Part shown: piece after piece, positions 22,361 to 35,789 of the stretch
Layout of the letters: every line of letters begins with the position of its first letter
How positions within the stretch are numbered: position 1 is the first letter of the stretch
NCBI GenBank assembly: GCA_035221665.1
Contig: CM069131.1
Location: 75,454,001 to 75,518,000 of the forward strand
Length of the DNA stretch: 64,000 bases
Origin: Okamejei kenojei
Lineage: Eukaryota
Direction: 5' to 3'
Translations under genes and position numbers: made by a program
The notes under the pieces: generated by a model
Seen by the model: only the letters and a program-made list of their open reading frames with translations
What the model was told of the DNA's origin: nothing
Databases searched by the model: none

Positions 22361-22894
22361 TATAATTTCCTTCTTCCTTCCTTTGTATTCTTAAAGGTTA
22401 GTATATTGTCACGTACCAATTAAGGTACAGTGAAATTCGAATTGCCATACAGCCATACTAAAATAAAAGCAGCAAGACACACAACTACATAAAAGTTAAC
22501 GTAAACATCCACCACAGCGGATTCCTCTCTTCAATGCAAGGTAATAAAGTCCAATCTTCTTCCTCTTTTATTCTCCCGCGCTTGGGGCAGTCGAACCATC
22601 TGCAGTCGGGGTGATCGAAGCTCCCGCAGCCGGCAGCTTGTGGTTCCCGATGTCAGTCTCTGACCAGGGACCGGAGGCTCCGTGATTTTAAAGTCCGCGG
22701 GCAACCGCAGTAGAGCTCAGAGATCTTCAACGACTTGTTCCAAGTGTCGTGTATTCCATTGCACCAATCATGTGCAACTGAGGCAGAAGCCGACACAGAA
22801 TCTTTTTTTTGGCTCCTCTATGAGGAAGTTTAAAAGATTTAAACTTTACAAAAATGGATTCGGCTGAAACTAAAAACAGGCTCCAAGAAAGGAG

Positions 22895-23946
22895 CGAGAG
22901 AGAAAACGGGGTATTACAGACCAGTTAGCCTGACTTCGGTGGTGGGAAAGGTGCTGGAGTCAATTATTGAAGAGGTAATAATGGGGCATTTGGATAGTAG
23001 TAAAAGAATTAGCCCAAGCCAACATGGATTTATGTAAGGGAAATCATGCTTGACTAATCTTCTGGAAATGTTTGAGGATGTGACAAGTAAAATTGATGAA
23101 GGGGTGCCAGTGGATGTAGCAGGCAGTGGCGAGTTGAGAGGCAGTGTGAACTGTGAAGAGGATGTTAGGAGGTTGCAGGGTGACCTGGACAGGTTGGGTG
23201 AGTGGGCAGATGCGTGGCAGATGCAGTATAATATAGATAAATGTGAGGTTATCCTTGTACACCAGTCATTGAAAGTTGGCGTGCAGGTACAGCAGGCAGT
23301 GAAGAAAGCCAATGGAATGTAAGCCTTCATAACAAGAGGATTTCAGTATAGGAGTAAAGAGGTTCTTCTGCAGTTGTAAACGGCTCTGGTGAGACCACAT
23401 CTGGAGTATTGTGTCCAGTTTTGGTCTCCTAATTTGAGGAAGGACATCCTTGTGATTGAGGCAGTGCCGCGTAGGTTCACGAGATTGATCCCTGGGATGG
23501 CAGGACTGTCATATGAGGAAAGATTGAAAATACTAGGCTTGTATTCACTGGAGTTTAGAAGGATGAGGGGGATCTTATAGAAACATATAAAATTATAAAA
23601 GGACTGGACAAGCTAGATGCAGGAAAAATGTTTCCAATGTTGGGCGAGTCCAGAACCAGGGGCCATAGTCTTCGAATAAAGGGGAAGCCATTTAAGACTG
23701 AGGTGAGAAAAACTTTTTCAACCAGAAAGTTGTGAATTTGTGGCAGAGATCAGTGGAGGCCAAGTCACTGGATGGATTTAAGGGAGAGTTAGATAGAGCT
23801 CTAGGGGCTAGTGGAATCAAGGGATATGGGGAGAAGGCAGACACGGGTTATTGATTAGGAACGATCAGCCATGATCACAATGAATGGCGGTGCTGGCTCG
23901 AAGGGCCGAATGGCCTCCTCCTACACCTATTTTCAATGTTTCTATG
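22895..23946 (+). mobile_element. Internally deleted CR1 LINE
   Basis: [46 protein letters not shown]; typical 3' UTR. Confidence 0.88.
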
Positions 23947-24659
23947 AAACTAAAGACAGGCTCCTATTAATTGCAGAGCCAGCAGAAAACGCTTACCCTT
24001 GCCCCTATTAAACTAACAACGCTAATAAAGATGTTTATGCTCCTTTTCCCATAACAAGCGAGATAACAAGCACAACTTCATGAAGGTCTCCTCTACAATA
24101 TAAACTTAAAAAGAATGTTCAGACACTCTGCTCCTACCCTTGCTCTATAAGATTAAAATGTGCGTCATTTATGTAAAAAAAATAAATGCTTGTTTTGCAG
24201 AAAAATAGCCTTCTCATCATAACCATATATGGCTAACCCTTCCTCTCTCAGAAGAAACTGTCAATCTTAAGAAACTGTCAATCTTAAGAAGCAAGAGGCA
24301 GTGCTATTCTCAAAGATAAAATATTGCTGAATCACTGATTATTGAGATATAAATGTTTCTACTTAAAAACTGCCCCTTTGTGTGGGGCTAGAGTGAGCCT
24401 ATTGTCTGTAAAAACTGTGAGAGTCACTACCACACCCGCCTGGCAAAATAAAGATTTTACTGCTTGTTTACTGATTTTATTTGCGTTTATGTCTGTTTAG
24501 TAAAACGAATCACAACACTGCTTTAAAATGGCGCTTAGTATGTTCTTTCCTCCATGTATTGTGTCGTTCTCCACCCTTATGATAACATTTTATTTCCAGG
24601 TTCAGGTGTTAAAAACTGCCAATATGTTGCACAATACTAAACAAACATCTAAAAAAATA

Positions 24660-24802
24660 TTGCGTAGGAAGGAACTGCAGAGGCTGAAGACAGACTCAAA
24701 AAGATGGAGTAACTCAACGGGACAGGCAGCATCTATGGAGAGAAGGAATTTCTCACCTTTTCCTTTTTCTCCAGCGATGCTGTCTGACCCGCTGAGTTAC
24801 AC
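24660..24802. mobile_element. Degenerate Penelope pLTR fold-back element
   Basis: Tail ggaaggaactgcag, then gtaactcaacgggacaggcagcatc mirrored by gatgctgtctgacccgctgagttac. Confidence 0.6.
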
Positions 24803-25142
24803 ATTTATTTCAATTATATTAGCTCCTTGGTTGGTTAATACAATGAGACAAATGATTCACTTGTCTTGCTTTTATACATAATTGTTAATTGTATATCTAT
24901 AACTATCTGTAGTGAGTGTAGAAATAATTCCAGTATATTAAATATTTGTCTTTTTTACCCACCCCAATCTGTCTTGGTTCTCCAATGGGAGACTTTGTTT
25001 ATCCTATACACAATAAATTGAGCATGGAAACTAACAATTTAATACAAAACATAGGCATTTGGCTTTTAATCTCTAGTAGCTAGTGCTCTCCTATACTAAC
25101 ATTTAACTCCGTAACTCTTTAAGATCTTAAATAGCAGCAGAT

Positions 25143-25148
25143 TTTATT
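25143..25148 (-). terminator. Candidate CCDC158 polyadenylation signal
   Basis: AATAAA on the - strand about 60 nt after the stop codon. Confidence 0.5.
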
Positions 25149-25207
25149 TTTGTACTGCACCGAGTCAAAAGCCATACATCGTAGCAATAAAATGCAGAAA
25201 CTGGATG

Positions 25208-25284
25208 TCACTTCTTTAACATTTTCTCTCTGTCTTTTACTCTCTTTATCCTCTTCTCTTGGCTTCTGATCATAGAGGACATTT
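25208..25284 (-). CDS. CCDC158: CCDC158 last coding exon
   Basis: ttgcAG|AA ATG..., reading EMSSMIRSQEKRIKRVKDREKMLKK*, which matches the recalled CCDC158 C-terminus. Phase 1. Confidence 0.92.
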
Positions 25285-25506
25285 CTGCAAATCAAATGGT
25301 TTACATTTGTAACATGTATTAATTATATTGGTTGTACTAATGATTAAAACTGCTGAAAAAAAAAAATCAAATCTATTTTCTGCATTAGAAGCATGCACCA
25401 GATTTTTTAATAACATTTAACAGATCATGTGCGCTCCTTAGTGGAGAAAGATACAAAATAATAATTTCAATATTTTGAAATGTGATAAAGTGGCAAGTAT
25501 TTATAC

Positions 25507-25608
25507 CATGATTCTTCAGCTGAAGGTCTTCCACCAGGTTTTGCAGACCATCCAGTTTGTTCTGCAGTTTTTTGCAGGCCTGTCCTGCGACATCTGTCTG
25601 TTCACCGC
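25507..25608 (-). CDS. CCDC158: CCDC158 exon
   Basis: GEQTDVAGQACKKLQNKLDGLQNLVEDLQLKNH; AG/GT borders; phase 1-1. Confidence 0.92.
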
Positions 25609-26465
25609 CTGATGGGAGAAATTCAAAATACAATTATCACCTCAACGTATCCAAATGTGAAGGGTTCTATAATATCATTTTTCAGTAAATTGGAATTGTG
25701 ATCAATTGAAGATTCATTCTAAAATGATTTTCCAAATTTAAGAGAATTCATCTCATCCACGACTCGCTGATCTCTTGAACCAGTAATTTATGTATTTTTC
25801 ATTTTCAGATAACACTATTGCAGAATATCTGCACATGTGGGCTTATGTGGGATTGGATTGTTTTTAAATTTCCACTTCAGATAATAGGTTAAAGCGTTTT
25901 ATTCCCACCCCCACCCCCCCAACCGGCATTGCCAGATGCAATGTTTTAGAACAAATCCATTTAGCTCTAAACTTTAAATTAAACAACAACCCTCTCGTTA
26001 TCACCCCATTTCCCAGCCAATAATCCACCCTTCCTGAGGTAATCTATTGCCAGTCCTGATTTGTTCTGGCCTTTTCTCGCATACAGTTATTTTCCCCACC
26101 CCACCCACGGCCCACCCCACCCACGGCCCACCGTGCCTATTTTGTGACTATCTTTGATTCATTTTCCCATTTGCTTAACTGGACAAATTCATGTTTTGAC
26201 GCAAATCAAAAATCAGCGCACCTAAATATTAATTTGGGAATATTAGAAACATCTATTAGCTTTTCAATACAGAGGATTTAAAAGTTAAAGGAAGGAATTA
26301 TATATCCAGGTGGTTAAAGGTATGCATTTGTAATGGGTGGCTTTTTACTGTTTGAGGGTAAGGTATGAAGAGATGAGCTCCATGATGAGAATTTTAATGC
26401 AAGTAAGTTACGAAGTAGGACAGATCTCAGCCAACTGCAATGCTATTTAACACAAATGCTCTTAC

Positions 26466-26678
26466 CATTATTTTGGAAGCGAGGTTCATTTTCCACATAT
26501 TGTGCAGGAATGTAGCTGATCCTTGAATCGCACAACTCGCTAAAGGCTGAGGTTTCTCTTCCATGCTCACCCTGAGATATAGAGCCAGTTAGCAAGGAAG
26601 ATACTGGAGATCTCTCTGGTAACGTTTCCCACTTGGAGGAGGTGTAACATGGACCACCTATCTGTGATGAATGGTCTG
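26466..26678 (-). CDS. CCDC158: CCDC158 exon
   Basis: Open frame containing PERSPVSSLLT (human PKKSPVHSLLT, recalled). CAGCAG acceptor (26678 or 26675), G|GTAAG donor; phase 1-1. Confidence 0.85.
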
Positions 26679-26944
26679 CTGGAGAGTGTTATTAAATTAA
26701 ACATTAGTTTTCAGATTATCCAAATTAAATGAATGAATGAAATTAGATCAATGTTTGGCATTTCTATAATTGAATACACAATACATCAGTACTCTGTGAC
26801 CCTTGTTACAAAATGAATCTTCATCCAAGGTTAAATGTTGAAGTGCTTCAAAGCACACCATCTTGTGCACATGGTAAAATGTTCAGACATCTTAACAAGT
26901 TAAAGATGCGAAAATGCTGTCATTTTGAGATAGAGAATGGAAAC

Positions 26945-27205
26945 AAGCACTTTGGCCCTCTGAATCCACGTCAACCATTGATCACCTGTTCATACTAGTT
27001 ATATGTAATCTCACTTTCTCATGCACTTCCTACACACTGGAGGCAATTTACAGAGCCAATTAACCTACAAATCCACACATTGTAAGGACATATGAAGAAA
27101 ATGGAGAACGCAAAAGAAACCTATGCGGTCACAGGGAGAATGTGCAAACTCCACACAAAATACCTAGGGTCTGGACCAAATCTGGGCCTCTGGTGCTGTG
27201 AGGCA
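26945..27205 (-). mobile_element. V-SINE/HE1-like SINE, degenerate
   Basis: cagggagaatgtgcaaactccacac is the reverse complement of the V-domain core; similar to the 49350 copy. Confidence 0.65.
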
Positions 27206-29379
27206 GAAAATAATTTGTAACATGCATCTTTGGCAATTTTCCTGCAGCTATTTAGTACAGAAATTTAATTTTTGAAAGTGTTCTACAAAACTGGCTCTCT
27301 GATGGTTTATCTCAACAGTGATGTGATAAGTAAAATGTCTGATACTGCTTGTAATCAAACTGTCAAATATGGTATATGGAATGAGCTGCCAGAGGAAGCT
27401 GTAGAGGTAGGTACAATAATAATGTTTGAAAGATATTAAGAGAAGTATATAGAAAATAAAGATTTAGAGGGACATGGGCCAAATGGTAAATGGGACTAGT
27501 TCAGAATGCAACTTGGTCATCCTGGAAATTGGGCTGAAGGGCCTGTTATACCAAACATGAGGCAAAGGTAAGCTAATCTCATCTGCCCGCACATGATCTA
27601 TATCCCTCCATTTGTAGCATATTCATGTGCCTATCTAAAAGCCTTTGAAATGCCACTATCAGATCTGCCTTGACCACCACTACTGACATGCCATTCCAGG
27701 CCCCCACCACTCTCTAATTAAAACAAAATTGTTGCACACATATCCTTTAAACTTTGCCCCTTTCACCATAAATCTACACTCTCTAATCTTTGATATTTCC
27801 ACCCTGGCGGAAAAAAGTTCTGACTGTCTATCCTATCTATGCCTCTTAATTTCATATATTTTTTATCAGGTTTCCGCTCAACCAATAACAGTATAAAGAT
27901 ATAAAAGGTATCTATATATTTTACGTCTTCCTCACAGTCCACCACTCCACCAATTTAGGTGTTGTCTGCAAACTTACCTAACCCACCCATCTACATTTAG
28001 ATCCCAGTCCTTAATATTTTTTTTATGCTGAGAATTTATTTCCTCTTAATTTAACCATGAACACTGTGCTTTGCTCTTAAATATATAATGTGTTATTTGA
28101 ATTGTATGAGTCTTATAATTGGCAAAAATAAATCTCACTTTACTCCAACTCAATGGCGCAATCTATTTCTATTCAGTTAAGTGAAATACTGGGATTATTT
28201 CCATTTCATGGTTGGAAGTGCTGCCCTTACTTTTGCCTTTAACTCTGCCTTAATTGGTTATTCCATTATGATACTTTAATATTCTTCTGCACTACTTAGA
28301 TTCTGTTATATTTGACGTAGTATTTCTATACATATTTAAGTATACTCTTTATTTGATACAAGGAATTTTATTACATCCTGGTATATATGACGATAAATTA
28401 ATTTAAATTTCTAAACTAAAGAGCCTCAGAAGTTGCACAGATGTTGTTCTTCACGATCTCAAGAACCTATATTGTAAATAATCTAATTTAGTGAATACAT
28501 GATTATTTCTGATCAATTAGCCAGTTTATTCTTGACCTCGATGCCAGAATATTTTCTTTGAATATGCCAAGACTGATATATGGAATAGCAGGCCAAATGC
28601 TCTAAAACCTGCTCCACCATTCAGAATGTCACCGTGACATCTTGTCTGCTCCTTATACCTTTGGTTTTTGGAGGCCAGTGGAATTGCTTGGGCTTGACCA
28701 TACAGTACTTATTGCTTGCCACCGTCACAATCTAATATTCAAGCTGGCAGCTTCATGACCTTTCTAAATACTGAGCAAAAACCGTTGCAAATTAGGACTT
28801 GTAAAATTGAAGAGACCGATAAAACCTCATTTATTAATGCTTCATCTTAAATAATTTTACATTTATTCAAATCAAACAGTTTCCTTAAGCAAAAGTAAAA
28901 TATTACAATTTGTTATCAAATTTAAACACGGGATACTCTGTCTGCCATTCAACCGAGGTTTAAATACCTGGTTTGTTTCCTGTAAAATTCCATATGAAAT
29001 GTCGATAAGGTATGTAGTACAAATACTAAATGTCATGTTAGAGTTCCATTCATGTAGCCAATGTGATATTGGGGGAGATTTCATATGCTTATCTTGTTTT
29101 TATAAACCACTTTACTCTTAAATAACAAAAGACTACGTCCAGTATGGAAGAATCTATAGCAGCATAAACAGATGTAATGTTCTAAACTGTGGCTTGATGA
29201 CTTCTGAGGATAGCAAGACAGATACAAAGATGCACTTTCTACAAAAGAGAGTAGCAAAGATTTCCGAAATGGTGGGTTTGTCATTACTGGAAAGGGAATT
29301 TAGGCTAGGATTGCATTCTCTAGCGTTTAGATGAATGAGAGAACTTATTTATATACAAATATCTGCAATGGCTTGGGAA

Positions 29380-31880
29380 TAGACAATAGACAATAGGTGC
29401 AGGTGTAGGCAATTCGGCCCTTCGAGTCAGCACTGCCATTCAATGTGATCAGGGCTGATCATCCCCAATCAGTACCCTGTTCCTGCCTTGTCCCCATACA
29501 GTGGCTTGCAAAGGTTTTCATACCCCTTGAACTTTTCCACATTTTGTCACGTTACAACCACAAACGTAAATTTATTTTATTGGGATTTTATGTGACAAAC
29601 CAACACAAAGTGGCGCATAATTGTGAAGTGGAAGGAAAATGATACATGGTTTTCAAATGTTTTTATAAATAAAAAACTGAAAAGTGTGGCGTGCAAAAGT
29701 ATTCAGCCCCCTTTACTCTGATACCCCTAAATAAAATCCAGTGCAACCAATTGCCTTCAGAAGTCACCTAATTAGTAAATAGAGTCCACTTGTGTGTAAT
29801 CTGATCTCAGTATAAATACAGCTGTCCTGTGAAGGCCTCAGAGGTTTGTTAGAGAACATTAGTGAACAAACAGCATCATGAAGCCCAAGGAACACACCAG
29901 ACAGGTCAGGGATAAAGTTGTGGAGAAGTTTAAAGCAGGGTTAGGTTATAAAAAAAATATCCCAAGCTTTGAACATCTCACGGAGCACTGTTCAATCCAT
30001 CATCCGAAAATGGAAAGAGTATGGCACAACTGCAAACCTACCAAGACATGGCCGTCCACCTAAGCTGACAGGCCGGGCAAGGAGAGTATTGATCAGAGAA
30101 GCAGCTAAGAGGCCCATGGTAACTCGGGAGGAGCTGCAGAGATCCACAGCTCAGGTGGGAGAATCTGTCCACAGGACAACTATCAGTCATGCACTCCACA
30201 AATCGGGCCTTTATGGAAGAGAGGCAAGATGAAAGCCATTGTTGAAACAAAGCCATAAGAAGTCCCGTTTGCAGTTTGCCACAAGCCATGTGGGGGACAC
30301 AGCAAACATGTGGCGGAAGGTGCTCTGGTCTGATGAGACCAAAATTCAAGTTTTTGGCCTAAATGCAAAACGCTATGTGTGGCGGAAAACTAACACTGCA
30401 CATCACCCTGAACACACCATCCCCACTGGCAGCATCATGCTGTGGGGATGCTTTTCTTCAGCAGGGACAGGAAAGCTGGTCAGAGTTGATGGGAAGATGC
30501 ATGGAGCCAAATACAGGGCAATCTTGGAAGAAAACCTGTTAGAGTCTGCAAAAGACTTGAGACTGGGGTGGAGGTTCATCTTCCAGCAGGTCAAAGATCC
30601 TAAACATACAGCCAGAGCTACAATGGAATGGTTTAGATCAAAGCATATTCATGTGATAGGATGGCCCAGTCAAAGTCCAGACCTAAATCCAATTGAGAAT
30701 CTCTGGCAAGACTTAAATTGCTGTTCACAGACGCTCTCCATCCAATCTGACTGAGCTTGAGCTATTTTGCAAAGAAGAATGGGCAAAAAATTCAGTCTCT
30801 AGATGTGCAAAGCTGGTAGAGACATACCCCAAAAGACTTGCAGCTGCCATTGCAGCGGAAGGTGGTTCTACAAAGTATTGACTCAGGGGGGCTGAATACT
30901 TTTGCACGCCACACTTTTCAGTTTTTTATTTGTTATAAAATTTGGAAACCATGTATCATTTTCCTTCCACTTCACAATTATGCACCACTTTGTGTTGGTC
31001 TATCACATAAAATCCCAATAAAATACATTTACGTTTGTGGTTGTAACGTGATAAAATGTGGAAAAGTTCAAGGGGTATGAAAACTTTTGCAAGCCACTGT
31101 ATATCCTGACTCCACTATCTTTAAGAGCCCTATCTAGCTCTCTCTTGAAAGTATCCAGGGAACCGGCCTCCACCGCCCTCCGAGGCAGAGAATTCCACAG
31201 ACTCACAACTCTCTGTGTGAAAAAGCTTTTCCTCATCTCTGTTCTAAATGGCTTACTGCTTATTCTTAAACTGTGGCCGCTGGTTCTGGACTCCAACATC
31301 GGGAACATGTTTCCTGCCTCTAGCGTGTCCAAACTCTTAATAATTTTATATGTTTCAATAAGATTCCCTCTCATCCTTCTAAATTCCAGAGTACATAAGC
31401 CCAGCCGCTCTATTCTTTCAGCATATGACAGTCCCGCCATCATGGGAATTAACCTTGTAAACCTATGCTGCACTCCCTCAATAGCAAGAAAGTCCTTCCT
31501 CAAATTAGGAGACCAAAACTGCACACAATACTCCAGGTGTGGTCTCACTAGGGCCCTATACAACTGCAGAAGGACTGCTTTGCTCCTATACTCAACTCCT
31601 CTTGTTATGAAGGCCAACATGCCATTCCCTTTCTTCACTGCCTGCTGTACCTGCATGCTTACTTTCATTGACTGATGAACAAGGACCCCAGATCCCATTG
31701 TACTTCCCCTTTTCCCAACTTGACACTATTTAGATAATAATCTGCCTTCCTGTTTTTAAGTGGATAAACTCACATCTATCCACGTTAAACTGCATCTGAC
31801 ATGCATCTGCCCACTCACCCAACCTGTCCAAGTCACCCTGCATTCTCATAGCATCCTCCTCACAGTTCACCCTGCCACCC
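29380..31880 (-). mobile_element. CR1 3' fragment split by the Tc1 insertion (29380-29498 and 31100-31880)
   Basis: ORF 31003..31698 is CR1 RT C-terminus; the 3' UTR and (agacaat)n tail lie left of the Tc1. Confidence 0.88.
29499..31099 (+). mobile_element. Full-length Tc1/mariner DD34E transposon, Passport-like IR/DR type, defective
   Basis: TA TSD (29497-98 and 31100-01). ~210-bp TIRs starting CAGTGGCTTGCAAA, each with an inner repeat of the end motif. Transposase 29878-30881 has frameshifts and a stop. Confidence 0.95.
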
Positions 31881-32179
31881 AGAAAGCGAATTTGCAAATG
31901 ACATGAATACTTTGCTATTCATTAAGACTATCGCTCATGATCTTAGTACCATTATACATAATTTTACTTAACACCGTTGCCATATCTCTCAATTCCTTTT
32001 CTGTCCTGAAATCTCTTTGAACATGACGACTTTACAGCCCTCCAGGGTAGAACATTCAATAGGTTCCCCACCCAGTGAAGAAATTTCTCATCAGTTCTAG
32101 ACATCTTCCATCTTCTTCTGAAGCCAGGCCCTCTGGCCCAAAAATCACAAGTCAGTGATTTTGTTTCCTGCATCTAGAT

Positions 32180-34660
32180 AGGACTGAACGCTGATAAATC
32201 CCCAGGGTCTGATGATCTGCATCTCGGGGTACTTAAGGAAGTGGCTCCAGAAATTGGTGACACATTGGTGATAATTTTCCAATGTTCTATAGATTTAGGA
32301 TCAGTTCCTGTAGATTGAAGGGTAGCTAATGTTTTCCTACTTTTTAAGAAAGGCAGGAGAGAAAACAGGGAATTATAGACCAGTTAGTCTGACATCGGTG
32401 GTGGGGAAGATGCTGGAGTCAATCATAAAAGATGAAATAGCGGCACATTTGGATAGCAGTAACAGGATCGGTCTGCGTCAGCATGGATTTACGAAGGAGA
32501 AATCATGCTTGACTAATCTTCTGGAATTCTTTGAGGATGTAACTAGGAATATGGAACAGGGATGTAGTGTACCTGGATGTTCAGAAAGTATTTGATAAGG
32601 TTCCACATAGGAGATTAGTGGGCAAAATGAGAGCACATGGTATTGGGGGTAGAGTGCTGACATGGATAGAAAATTGGTTGGCAGACAGGAAACAAAGAGT
32701 AGGGATAAACTAATCTCTTTCAGAATGGCAGGCAGTGACTAGTGGGGTACTGCAAGGCTCGGTGCTAGGACCACAGCTATTTACAATATATATCAATGAT
32801 TTAGATGAAGTGATTAAAAGTAACATTAGCAAATTTGCAGATGACACAAAGCTGGGTGGCAGTGTGAACTGTGAGGAGGATGTTATGAGAATGCAGGGTG
32901 ACCTGGACAGGTTGGGTTCTTGTTCTTCTTGGGTTTCCTGGTCCTCCAAAATATTCCAAATGGAATTTAAACTGGAGGTGGTGGAGGGAGGACAAGCCAG
33001 AAAGGGTTCCTGGGAAGAAACAGCTACTTTAAATTTAGTTGTGTCTGGTTGGGTAATTATTGTAGGGTGAAGACTACTCCATGCTTTAATTGTGTGGGGG
33101 AAGAATGAATTGCTGTACACATCTGTCTTGGTAGCTGGTATCTCAAATTGGATCGAATGCCCTCATCTGCTCCTAATTGGTTTGGATTTGGTGTAGGTTT
33201 TGTTATCCATGTCGAGCTGGCCATTTAACATTTTGTAAAAACAGGTCAAACGGTGAGCTTCACGTCTGTCTTGGAGAGGGTTCCACCCCAGTGAATTCAG
33301 AAGTTTGGTAACACTCGCTTCTCTCTCATAGGTATTAGTAACAAATCAAGCCTCCTGTCTTTGGACACGTTCGATGGGAGAAATGTTTTTATTTGTGTAT
33401 GGGTCCCATGCTGCAAAGGCGTAGTCCAAATGAGGTCTAACGAGGGTGAAGTATAGCTATTCCTTGATAGAAGTTGAACAATGATGAAAGTTGCGTCTCA
33501 GAAAGTTTAGGACACCTGTTGCTTTCACCGTTGCATGATGAGTCTGACCATTCCAACATCGATCGTTCTGTAATATGATGCCAAGATACTTGGTTTGTTT
33601 GGATTCTTCAAGGGTGGCACCAAGTATATTGTAAGAGGTTTTGCTTGGATTCCTCTTTCTGGGGACACGCATAGTTTTACATTTGGAAGGGTTGAACTGC
33701 ATGCCCCATTGTTATGACGACTCAATCCATAGTATCGAGATCCTTTTGGAGAGCATCTTCATCATCAGCTGACTTAATTGAACGGTACAGCAAACAATCA
33801 TCAGTGAATAGTCTGGTCATACTTGTGACTTTTTCATGGATGTCATTTATGTAAAGCAAAAACAGATGTGGGCCAAGTTAGTGGGCAGATACATGGCAGA
33901 TGCAGTTTAATGTGGATAAATGTGAGGTTATCCACTTTGGTGGCAAAAACAGGAAGGCAGATTATAATCTGAAAGTGTCAAGTTGGGAAAAGGGGAAGTA
34001 CAGCGAGATCTAGAGGGTCCTTGTTCATCAGTCACTGAAAGTAAGCATTGCAGGTACAGCAAGCAGTGAAGAAAGCGAATGGTATGTTGGCCTTCATACC
34101 AGAGGAGTTGAGTACTGGAGCAAAGCGGTCCTTCTGCTTTTGTACAGGGCCCTAGTGAGACCATGCCTGGAGTATTGTGTGCAGTTTTGGTTCCCAAATT
34201 TGTGGAAGGACATTCTTGCTATTGAGGGAGTGCAGCGTAGGTTCACAGGTTAATTCCCGGGATGGCGGGACCGTCATATGTTGATAGAATGGAGCGGCTG
34301 GGCTTGTATACTCAGGAATTTAGAAGGATGAGAGGAGATCTTATTGAAACATGTAAGATTATTAAGGGTTTGGACATGCGAGATGCAGGAAACATGTTCC
34401 CGATGTTGGGAGAGTCCAGAACACAGATTAAGAATAAGGGGTAAGCCATTTAGAACTAAGATGAGGAAAAACTTTTTCACGCAGAGAGTTGTGAATCTGT
34501 GGAATTCTCTGGAGGCTTTCAAGAGAGAGTTAGATAGGGCTCTTAAAGATAGCGGAGACAGGGGATATGGGGAAAAGGCAGGAACGGGGTACTGATTGTG
34601 GATGATCAGCCATGATCACATCGAACAGCCGAATGGCCTACTCCTGCACCTATTGTCTAT
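32180..34660 (+). mobile_element. CR1 LINE remnant interrupted by a different LINE
   Basis: NYRPVSLTSVVGKML and FADDTKLGG...DLDRLG, resuming at ~33878 with agtgggcagatacatggcag. Confidence 0.88.
32917..33877 (-). mobile_element. L2/CR1-group LINE 3' fragment of a distinct (Daphne-like) family
   Basis: LFTDDCLLYR, MQFNPSKC...KYLGIILQND..WNGQ...LNFLRRNF, YFTLVRPHLDYA.AAWDPYT, NSFFPHTIKAW; gaa-rich tail. Confidence 0.7.
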
Positions 34661-34972
34661 TCTCCCTTAATTATACCTTGCCAAAAAGTGCAATTTTTGT
34701 AAACATTAAATTTCATGTTATAATTCTACTAATTTACCAATTTGCCCTTGAATTCAACTATCTTCACAGTTTACAGATTTCAAATGTGCCATCTACAAAT
34801 TTTAAAGTTATATTCTGTACCCATCAAGAGTTCAAATCATTGAGTTATTAAAGAGTACTGAAATATACAAACTTCCAGTTTAAAAACTATAAGAGTAGAA
34901 AGTCTAGAAAATCCTATTAAAACACTAGTTCAGCCCCAGTAGGATTACGCTCCATTCCTGGGCACCCTGTCG

Positions 34973-35307
34973 GAAACATGTTCCCGATGTTGGGGGAATC
35001 CAGAACCAGGGGCCACAATTTAAGAATAAGGGGTAAGCCATTTAGAACGGAGACGAGGAAACACTTTTTCTCACAGAGAGTTGTGAGTCTGTGGAATTCT
35101 CTGCCTCAGAGGGCGGTGGAGGTCAGTTCTCTGAATGCTTTCAAGAGAGAGCTGGATAGGGCTCTTAAAGATAGCGGAGACAGGGGATATGGGGAAAAGG
35201 CAGGAATGGGGTACTGATTGGGGATGATCAGCCATGATCACATTGAATGACGGTGCTGGCTCGAAGGGCCGAATGGCCTCCTCCTGCACCTATTGTCTAT
35301 TGTCTAT
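34973..35307 (+). mobile_element. CR1 3' end
   Basis: ORF 34978..35217 and a (tattgtc)n tail. Confidence 0.85.
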
Positions 35308-35789
35308 TTAAAAACAAAACAGGTTTACAATCTCTTTGGGCATCCAAGAGTCCCCTACATTACAATCTTATTTCTTCTCACTGCAACATGCCAGTCCTGA
35401 ACTTTGATCATGTGGCCTTTAAACAACGTCCCATATGTCAGACGTGTACTTACCCAATAACGATTGTTCTCAGTGTACTCTCCCAAGCTCCTGCCTAATA
35501 ACATTGTAATTTGCCTTACTCCAATTTAGAACCTTCCGCAAGGTCCAACCTTCTCCCTATTCAAAACAATCTTAAAACCTATGGAGTTGTGATCACTATC
35601 CGCAAAATACTCTCTCGCTGAAATACCGGTCACCTGGCCTTTCACAACAGAAGGTCCAGTATGTTCCCTCGGGTCGGACTATCTACAAACTGTTTCAAGA
35701 AACCCACTCGGATACACTTCACAAATTCTGCACCATGTATGCCTTTGATACCGAGCAGGTCCTAGTCAATATTGGTTAAGACAACCATA

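Noticed and set aside
24249-24290. 17-bp tandem duplication (also small duplications near 5332, 26095 and 56785)
   Set aside because: Ordinary local slippage with no further structure.
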